From an uncultured Bacteroidales bacterium (GTDB lineage Bacteria; Bacteroidota; Bacteroidia; Bacteroidales; UBA932): a DNA stretch of 64,000 bases. The translations under genes were made by a program, and so were the position numbers. The notes under the pieces are model-generated. The model saw only the letters and a list, made by a program, of their open reading frames with translations. It was not told the origin of the DNA and ran no database searches. Of the stretch, positions 47,708-54,819 are shown one piece after another. How positions within the stretch are numbered: position 1 is the first letter of the stretch; the number at the start of each line of letters is the position of its first letter. Location of the stretch: the NCBI GenBank assembly GCA_945948555.1, contig CAMFBM010000003.1, positions 7,839-71,838 of the forward strand, written 5' to 3'.

Positions 47708-49978
47708 TCAGATACTTTTGTTTCTGGGGGGGGTAAAACGGATTTCTACCCTCGCAGGCATACCAGGAAAATAGTTCACATCTATTCTTCCGCCCACGGA
47801 TGCAATCATCTTTTCGTATTGATTCGTATCCGAATATGCATTGTCTATGAAGATGATTGTCTCCCCGGCTGAATTTTCTGTCCATCCGATTGTGATTCTG
47901 CCATTGCACTTCTTCAGCGCATCCGATATGAGCGAGTTCATAACTTGGTAAATAACAGGACGGTTAGATTCGATTTCGCACGTTTCTGGACCGGGACAGA
48001 AGACAATCCTGGACTCTCCGTCTGAATGAACGGAACTGTTGATATATATGTCCTCCATTATTTCTCCCACACGTACATTCGAAATGATGACTTTTTCGAA
48101 ATCCCTTGTCTGGAGCGTGTTTCCCATCACGGAATCGAGAAGTTTCAGAAGGCTGTCGTTGGCTCTCTTTACCTTGTCCTCGCAATCTGTCTTTCTTTCA
48201 TCCGAAAGGTCGTTGAAATGGTCTGCAAGCAGGCTGGAATAGAATACGATTTCATTGACAGGTTTGCGGAATTCATCGTTCATAGATGCAAGGAAACTCT
48301 CTTTTTCAGCCACTTCTTCGCTCCTGCGGTAAGCCTGCTTCAATTCTTCGTTACGTTTGTAGGCTTCATCGTTGAAATAGAAGAATCCGGCTTTCACTTC
48401 GTCCTTGTCCTTTGTTCCGGCTACGCTTATGATGTGAACGGAGACGGCCCTTACCTGTCCGCCTGAAGGCATACGCAGCAGTAACTCAATATCTTTTTCC
48501 CCCTCGAAAAAGTCACTTAGCATCATCTGTCTGAAGGTGTCTCTTTTAGGCTCGAGAATGTATTCCAGAATTTTGTCAATGGATATATCCTCCTCGGGTA
48601 ATCCGAAATCTTTGTAGAATGAAGGAGAAAAACGGAAAATCCTGTCTTTAAACATACGCCAGGTATAGGAATTGAGTTCGGACAGGATATACTCCACCTG
48701 AATATTCGATTGTTCCGCCTCCTTCGCCTTTTCGAACAGCTGTTTACGCTGTTTCTTCTGTCTTATGGCCATAAAGCTCGGAGTAATGACCGCCAAAGCC
48801 ACGAAACCTGCAGCAAGCAGAGCAATCAGGACATCAAGTAGAATGTTTATATCCTTGGACCTTTGCAGGAGGGGTAGATTTACAAACTTTACACCTTTGG
48901 GAAATTCGTCGGCATACGGGTGTAGGTTTTTCACAAGCCTCCAGTCCAGCCAATAGTCTTTCTTCAGTTTGCCCCAGGGAATCTGCTTCGGCGCAGTGCC
49001 GTTCAGAAGTTTGTCAACAATGGGGTGAAGCTGTTCCCACATTGAAGGGAAGGGAGTGAAATAACCTCCCATACAGGAGTTCAGGGCATTTATCAGTGGC
49101 AGGTCGAAATGGTCCGGAACCATAGTGAAATACGGCCCTATGTTGTAGGACATCGCAGTGTTGGCGTATTCGTCGCTTTTGAGGTGAAGGAATGAAGTTT
49201 CCTGCTGCTGGGTGAAGAAGATCCATTCCATCTTGAAGGACCCCGGAACTCCGGGATGCCGGTCATTCTTTTCCGGCCACATTGTGCTCACTGGAAAGAG
49301 GGTTATTTTAGAATCCCTGAACTGCTTCAGGTGTATGCGGTCTTCCTGTTCCAGATGGAGGTTGGGCCTGTAATGCTCGGGGTCGTTTCCTATATCTGCC
49401 AATATGTGTTCGCGGATATGGTCGTCTATATAGGTGCTGTCCATAACGGTGACTACATAGTTGGGAAAGCCTAAATCTTTGATGAAATCCAGATTCTTTT
49501 TTACTGCCGGCTCTGCCTCCATCACCACCACATTGGACATTGCTGGCAGCCTGTTTTTCCAGGTCGGATGCACCTGGCCTGCACAGAGTATTGGCGTGTC
49601 TTTCAGCAGAGGGTCGTCCACCTGCGCCACCGCGCCAGCAACATCGTCACCATATACTATTAGAAGGTCAGGTGTCCCCACCTCGCTCTTTACACTGTTG
49701 AGTGCACGACGGAGCAAATTCCTTGCATCGTGTTCGTATTCCTTTTTCTCCCAATATTTTCCGATATAGTCCGAGACATAGAAAAAATGTAGATTGTAGC
49801 GGGAGGTGTCGGCATATTCCTCTTTTGCCGACTTAATGAAACTGTCCCATATCTGGGTGTTTCGGCTGAAAGGGCAGAGTACGGCAATTTCCTTCTTCTC
49901 CGCCGCTCCGTCGCAGGAAACAAGCAGCAAAGCCGCAAGCACCGTGAGAAGTGCAGTTATGATATTCCCCCGTTTCAT
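47708..49978 (-). CDS. Sensor histidine-kinase paralogue, predicted catalytically inactive
   Basis: Lipobox LLVSC, periplasmic domain, TM and PAS-like segment; H-box reads SMNDEFRKP; degenerate HATPase domain. Confidence 0.8.
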   Translation of the reverse strand: MKRGNIITALLTVLAALLLVSCDGAAEKKEIAVLCPFSRNTQIWDSFIKSAKEEYADTSRYNLHFFYVSDYIGKYWEKKEYEHDARNLLRRALNSVKSEVGTPDLLIVYGDDVAGAVAQVDDPLLKDTPILCAGQVHPTWKNRLPAMSNVVVMEAEPAVKKNLDFIKDLGFPNYVVTVMDSTYIDDHIREHILADIGNDPEHYRPNLHLEQEDRIHLKQFRDSKITLFPVSTMWPEKNDRHPGVPGSFKMEWIFFTQQQETSFLHLKSDEYANTAMSYNIGPYFTMVPDHFDLPLINALNSCMGGYFTPFPSMWEQLHPIVDKLLNGTAPKQIPWGKLKKDYWLDWRLVKNLHPYADEFPKGVKFVNLPLLQRSKDINILLDVLIALLAAGFVALAVITPSFMAIRQKKQRKQLFEKAKEAEQSNIQVEYILSELNSYTWRMFKDRIFRFSPSFYKDFGLPEEDISIDKILEYILEPKRDTFRQMMLSDFFEGEKDIELLLRMPSGGQVRAVSVHIISVAGTKDKDEVKAGFFYFNDEAYKRNEELKQAYRRSEEVAEKESFLASMNDEFRKPVNEIVFYSSLLADHFNDLSDERKTDCEDKVKRANDSLLKLLDSVMGNTLQTRDFEKVIISNVRVGEIMEDIYINSSVHSDGESRIVFCPGPETCEIESNRPVIYQVMNSLISDALKKCNGRITIGWTENSAGETIIFIDNAYSDTNQYEKMIASVGGRIDVNYFPGMPARVEIRFTPPRNKSI

Positions 49979-52365
49979 TGTCCAAACAATATTTTGAATG
50001 TTGAGCCCTCTCCCAGTTCGCTTTCCAGCGAAATCTGTCCGCCCATTTGTTCCACAAAAGCCTTGCAGATATACAGTCCAAGTCCGCAGCCCGGGGTAAA
50101 ACTGTCCACCTTGAAGAAGCGGTCAAAGATAAACTCTTGATTTTCAGGGACTATGCCTATACCCTTGTCTGAAACTCTGATTTCTGTTTTCCCGTCTTCA
50201 GTGATATTTATGCTCACTCTTATTTCCGTCTCCGGTTCGGAGAACATTATGGCGTTGAACAAAAGATTGTCAAGAATATTGGTCAGCATAATCCTGTCAG
50301 CCTTGACAATCACCGCATCCTTGCAGAAATCTGTAATTATTTCCCTTTCAGGCCTCTTTTCCCCAATTATCTCCCTCACCAGTCCGCACAGTTCGATGTC
50401 TTCATAATACGGGTTTGCCGGATTTCTGCTTATGCGTGCTGCAGTAAGTATATTCCTTATGGTGTGCTGGAGCTGGGTGGAATTGCAGTGTATGGCTGAT
50501 GAATATTCTTCAAGTTCCATTTCCTCCATAGGCATTCCTGGCATTGCCAGAAGCTGGGCATATCCCACAATCGAGTTAAGCGGAGTGCGAATCGCATGGT
50601 TCATCGAGGCGATGAAGCCCTCCCTTGTGCGTGCAGCCGTAATGATGCGGTTGGTTTCGGCCTCTATGGCTTCCAACTGCTTCTGGTTGTCAATGTTTAC
50701 CATTACCCCGCTTCTAAGGACTCCGTCATCTTCCGGAGACTTTCCCACGTTCATACGCAGTTCATACCAGTGGTACGGCTTGCCGTCAATGGAAATGTAA
50801 GCCTGGAGGGTATAATTCCCGGGTTCTTCAATTCTGAAGAAATTGATTATTCTTTCTTTGAAGAAGTCCGAAGCCTCCATACGTTCCAGACTTTCAATGT
50901 TTTTGTTGTCAAGTTTCCAGGTACTGAAATCAGCCTTGCTCATCAGTTCTTTCAGCAACTTGTTGTTGCAAATGGTCTCATTTGCATAGTCCCTCAGACG
51001 GCGCTCATTCCTGCGGGCCTTCCGGGAATAGTAGCTTATGATAATTATGCTCCCCACCAGAGCTGCGACAAACAGCAGGATACTGGTCATCAAATATGTC
51101 CAGTACAATGCGGGATTCCTGTCTTTGAGCCCGGCATTGGCTATGTTGATGTTTGAGGGTATACTGTTTACGTCCAGCCCTTTGTCCCGCAGAACATCCC
51201 AATTCAGATTATAGGTCGGCGTGTGCTGGAGACCGCGCAGTTCCTCAGCCTTTTCCCCTTTGAGCAGTCTCACTCCCGCGCTCACAGCATCCCTGATCTG
51301 GCTTTCGGCTGTCGGGAAATAGCCTCCTATACACTTGTCGTTCACGAGATAATCTTCTGCGACCATAGTGAAGTACGGTAGGAAACTCGGCCCTTCCACA
51401 AGTCCTCGCGTCTTGTTGTCGTGTTTTGTCTGGATGAAAAAATAGGAAGATCTTTGCAGATAGAAAGCCCAAGTGGTGGGCATCTGATAGATATTCATGC
51501 AGTTCCACGAAGGATCCAACACACTGCGGCAGGAGAAGACAATTTTGTGCTCGTCTTTGGCTATGGCACGAACTCTGTCTTCATTGACTCTCGGATGCAG
51601 ATTGTTGTAGAACTTTGTCTTGTCGAGACTATCCATCTGTTCATTGAGCAGGTTGAACAAAATCTTGTCATTCCAGAGGTGGGGCACATCGAGAAGGGTG
51701 ATAAGGCGGTTGGGATATACGGGCAGGAAGTCTTCGTTGCGGATTTTTTCAATTATCCGGGAAGAGAACTCATTGGCGAACACCAGGTTAGGTTCCAAGT
51801 TCACTCTGTCCATTATGTTCACCATATCGTTCCATCTTCCGCCTTCGTAATTTATCTTCAATAATTCATACTGATAGGGCAGGAATTCCTCACTCCTTAT
51901 GCCGAAACAAATCACGGGGATTGATGCTGTGACCGGATTGGTGTCAGTAATCAGCAACCAGCGGTTTGCATTGCCATAGGAGAGTATGAGGTCTGGCATA
52001 CGACCCTCAGCCCGTAGCTTGAGTATGAGTTCGTTGAGCATAGGCCGCTCGAGGGATTCATATCTTTCGGTAATGTGGGCGAAATGCACCTGAACATCCC
52101 CGATGATGCCCTGTCTTGCAAGTTCCTCCCTTGCCAGACTTGTCCATTTCCTGTATGAGGGGTCGCTTTCATCCGTGGGCCAGTAAAGCAGGACGTTGGC
52201 CTCAATTTTTTCCGCTTCAGGCCTGCACGCACAAAAAAACATCACATAGCAGAGCAGAGTGATGAGTTTTCCTGATATGGCGTATTTTTTTTGTCTTTGA
52301 CAAGGCGGGTCAGGTTTTCTGCAATCCAACTTAAAGTCTGCAAATGGAGACCGTAATTCAAACAC
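49975..52365 (-). CDS. Sensor histidine kinase (GTG start)
   Basis: H-box SMNHAIRTPLNSI, N-box NLLFNAIMF, G1 SDKGIGI, F-box IFDRFFK and G2 GCGLGLYI; periplasmic domain and TM. Confidence 0.92.
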   Translation of the reverse strand: MFELRSPFADFKLDCRKPDPPCQRQKKYAISGKLITLLCYVMFFCACRPEAEKIEANVLLYWPTDESDPSYRKWTSLAREELARQGIIGDVQVHFAHITERYESLERPMLNELILKLRAEGRMPDLILSYGNANRWLLITDTNPVTASIPVICFGIRSEEFLPYQYELLKINYEGGRWNDMVNIMDRVNLEPNLVFANEFSSRIIEKIRNEDFLPVYPNRLITLLDVPHLWNDKILFNLLNEQMDSLDKTKFYNNLHPRVNEDRVRAIAKDEHKIVFSCRSVLDPSWNCMNIYQMPTTWAFYLQRSSYFFIQTKHDNKTRGLVEGPSFLPYFTMVAEDYLVNDKCIGGYFPTAESQIRDAVSAGVRLLKGEKAEELRGLQHTPTYNLNWDVLRDKGLDVNSIPSNINIANAGLKDRNPALYWTYLMTSILLFVAALVGSIIIISYYSRKARRNERRLRDYANETICNNKLLKELMSKADFSTWKLDNKNIESLERMEASDFFKERIINFFRIEEPGNYTLQAYISIDGKPYHWYELRMNVGKSPEDDGVLRSGVMVNIDNQKQLEAIEAETNRIITAARTREGFIASMNHAIRTPLNSIVGYAQLLAMPGMPMEEMELEEYSSAIHCNSTQLQHTIRNILTAARISRNPANPYYEDIELCGLVREIIGEKRPEREIITDFCKDAVIVKADRIMLTNILDNLLFNAIMFSEPETEIRVSINITEDGKTEIRVSDKGIGIVPENQEFIFDRFFKVDSFTPGCGLGLYICKAFVEQMGGQISLESELGEGSTFKILFGQ

Positions 52366-52379
52366 AAAGAATAACCGCG

Positions 52380-52410
52380 CAAAGTTAGAAATAAATGATG
52401 TAATATCAAA
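52380..52410 (-). promoter_or_regulatory. Promoter of the kinase operon
   Basis: Minus strand TTTG-N19-TAACTTTG, ending 14 nt before GTG 52365. Confidence 0.75.
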
Positions 52411-52443
52411 TTTTAAGTAAACTATGGAAAATCAAAGGAAAAA

Positions 52444-52475
52444 TTTGTCCTTTTGTCTAAACTGTATTAACTTTG
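52444..52475 (+). promoter_or_regulatory. Promoter of the receiver/EPS operon
   Basis: TTTG-N20-TAACTTTG. Confidence 0.8.
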
Positions 52476-52496
52476 CCGTTCTTACATCTAACTTAA

Positions 52497-52958
52497 TTGA
52501 TGATGGATATAGGACCTCTGAACAATATTGATTGCAGCAACTTGTCATTGATGATTGTGGATGACATTCCAATCAATACAAAACTTCTTGGAAAACTGCT
52601 TGAACCTGCTGGTTTCAAGACTTTACTTCAATACAACAACAGTCAATTGGCCTTGGACAGCGTGAAGACTGTCAATCCGGATATTATCCTGCTGGATATT
52701 ATGATGCCTGGAGTGGACGGTTTCGCATTCCTCTCTTCTGTACGCGAAGACAAGAGCCTGGACCACGTAAGGGTGGTGCTTGTTTCGGCAGTAAGCGAGT
52801 CTGAAGAAGTCCACAGGGCACTCTCGATGGGTGCAAACGACTATTTGACTAAACCTATCAATGCGAAAAGACTATATTCTTGTGTGGCGCAGCAGATACA
52901 GCAAATTCTGGGGGGGGGATTAAATGACGAGACGGAAAAAGAAGGTATTGATTGCTGA
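52497..52958 (+). CDS. Stand-alone response regulator (receiver domain only)
   Basis: IVDD, DIILLDIMMP, VSA and YLTKP motifs; no output domain. Confidence 0.92.
   Translation: MMMDIGPLNNIDCSNLSLMIVDDIPINTKLLGKLLEPAGFKTLLQYNNSQLALDSVKTVNPDIILLDIMMPGVDGFAFLSSVREDKSLDHVRVVLVSAVSESEEVHRALSMGANDYLTKPINAKRLYSCVAQQIQQILGGGLNDETEKEGIDC
52910..52918 (+). repeat. G9 homopolymer at the junction of the two receiver genes
   Basis: ATTCT-GGGGGGGGG-ATTAAATG. Confidence 0.9.
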
Positions 52959-53304
52959 AAACAAGCAGTTCCTCGTTGATGTGATAAGAGAATCCTTAAG
53001 ATCTGAGGGATATGACTGTGTTTGTGTCAATACCGAGAACGAACTTTACGGGGTTATAGACAATGTTGATGCTGCCGTGGTGGGATTGGATATCTGCCCG
53101 GGAGATCAGCCCCGCAGGGTGGATATGATAGCGGAAATCAAACACGAGTTCGAGTTGCCTTTGCTGGCACTTACAAGCCTGCAGTATTCATCAGTCCGGA
53201 TAGAATTGCTGAAGAAAGGAGCCGATGATGTCCTTACAAAGCCTTTCAATCCTGACGAACTGGCAGTGAGACTGGGCAAGATAATGGAAAGAAATGCCAG
53301 ATGA
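52924..53304 (+). CDS. Atypical stand-alone receiver domain
   Basis: VLIAEN, DAAVVGLDI, LTS and VLTKPFNPDEL; the acidic pocket is degenerate. Confidence 0.85.
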   Translation: MTRRKKKVLIAENKQFLVDVIRESLRSEGYDCVCVNTENELYGVIDNVDAAVVGLDICPGDQPRRVDMIAEIKHEFELPLLALTSLQYSSVRIELLKKGADDVLTKPFNPDELAVRLGKIMERNAR

Positions 53305-54011
53305 AACGTTTTTTGAACATCCTGTTTGCGATTGTGGCTATAGTGCTTCTATCTCCTTTGATGATAGCTATCTCGCTTGTACTGATGATTCAGGGAGGTG
53401 AGTCGCCCATATATTCATCGATAAGGGTGGGGAAGAACTGGAAAAAGTTCCGTATTTACAAGTTCAGGACTATGAACAAGGGGGCCGACAAGAAGCTTAC
53501 AGACCTTCAGTCTATGAATTCTTATATCAGGGTGGAAGGGAATGAAATAGAGATAACGAGGACCTTCAGCAGTGATGCTTATCTGTATGCTGACAACTAC
53601 AAGGTGCGTGAGGACATCTATCTTTCGGAACGGCACAAATGCTTCGAGGGCTGTTTCATAAAGATTGAGAACGATCCGAGAATTACTGAACTTGGCCGTT
53701 TCCTCAGGAAGACAAGTCTGGATGAACTGCCTCAGTTGTTCAATATTCTCAAGGGAGATATGGCTCTGGTAGGGAACAGACCTCTTTCAATTGAGGAGGC
53801 GGAACTTCTGACAAACAATACTGACGGACTCAGGTTTAAGGCTTCGGCCGGTCTGACCGGACTCTGGCAGACGGATGACCGCAAGGACGATATGCCACCT
53901 TCTGAGCGCATCAGACTGGACAATCTGTATGCAGAAAAGGAATCCTTGAGTTTTGACTTTAAACTTATTTTGGTATCTTTCAAGAAAGTTATTACAGGAC
54001 ATAATGAATAG
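53301..54011 (+). CDS. Priming sugar transferase (undecaprenyl-P glycosyl-1-P transferase family)
   Basis: RVGKNWKKFRIYKFRTM, DPRITELGRFLRKTSLDELPQLFNILKGDMALVGNRP and GLTGLWQ. Confidence 0.93.
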   Translation: MKRFLNILFAIVAIVLLSPLMIAISLVLMIQGGESPIYSSIRVGKNWKKFRIYKFRTMNKGADKKLTDLQSMNSYIRVEGNEIEITRTFSSDAYLYADNYKVREDIYLSERHKCFEGCFIKIENDPRITELGRFLRKTSLDELPQLFNILKGDMALVGNRPLSIEEAELLTNNTDGLRFKASAGLTGLWQTDDRKDDMPPSERIRLDNLYAEKESLSFDFKLILVSFKKVITGHNE

Positions 54012-54819
54012 CCGCATATTGGCAACCACATTGGCTCTCATCCTGAGTACAGTCGCAGGTGCTCAGGGGTTGCCTACTAAACAGATACGTGTTGACAGCA
54101 CTCTAATGATACTCAATGCGATGACGGTGGAGGACTATATGAATATGGAAATCCCTCCTCTGGACACATTGTATTACAATGCCTTCAGTATGTCCAATGC
54201 TGTGAAGTACTATGAGGAGGAGGTAAATTACTACACCTGTGCGGTGAGGAACGAGCAGATGAAGCCGCTCGAATGGTTGAGGTTAGTCACTTCTGCAAGT
54301 TACGGCAATACTGACATCGTCGGCATCCTCCGCAATGAGGCCAGTTATCCCATCTGGATGGAGAGCAGCACCAGGCAGAGGAATTTCTTCTTCAATGTCG
54401 GACTTACGGTGAACATACCTTTCTCGGACATATTCAATACTCACAACAGGGTCAGGCAGGCCAAGGCCAAGGTCCGTCAGACCCAGTATCGCAGGCAGTC
54501 CGAGTTGGACAATATAAAACAGCAGATTATTGGTCTTTACTGCGACATCATTTCCGGCATCAATTCCCTTCAGAGTGCAGCGGAAAGGCTGGTAGTGGCA
54601 AAGGCACAATATGATTTTGCCGAGAAGGATTTCGCAAACAACAAGATTACTGCCGAGGTTCTTTACAGATGCAAGTCGTATGAGACTGCCGCCACTCAAG
54701 ACTATGAGAGACTGAAACGTGACATAAATCAGGCCCTGCTCAGCCTCGAAGTACTTTCCTGCACCAAAATCATCAAGCCTGTTTCGGATGTTACACCTGG
54801 ACCTCTCACTGAACAATAA
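54004..54819 (+). CDS. Short TolC/OEP-family outer-membrane protein
   Basis: Signal peptide and one helix-beta-beta-helix OEP-like repeat (FNVGLTVNIPF...ARAQYDFAEKDF-like heptads). Confidence 0.65.
   Translation: MNSRILATTLALILSTVAGAQGLPTKQIRVDSTLMILNAMTVEDYMNMEIPPLDTLYYNAFSMSNAVKYYEEEVNYYTCAVRNEQMKPLEWLRLVTSASYGNTDIVGILRNEASYPIWMESSTRQRNFFFNVGLTVNIPFSDIFNTHNRVRQAKAKVRQTQYRRQSELDNIKQQIIGLYCDIISGINSLQSAAERLVVAKAQYDFAEKDFANNKITAEVLYRCKSYETAATQDYERLKRDINQALLSLEVLSCTKIIKPVSDVTPGPLTEQ

Noticed and set aside
47726-47733. C8 tract (G8 on the plus strand) near the pseudokinase 3' end as a phase-variation site
   Set aside because: Slippage would change only the last few residues; there is no evidence of function.
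52366-52496. Invertible promoter for the EPS operon
   Set aside because: No flanking inverted repeats of adequate length and no recombinase nearby.
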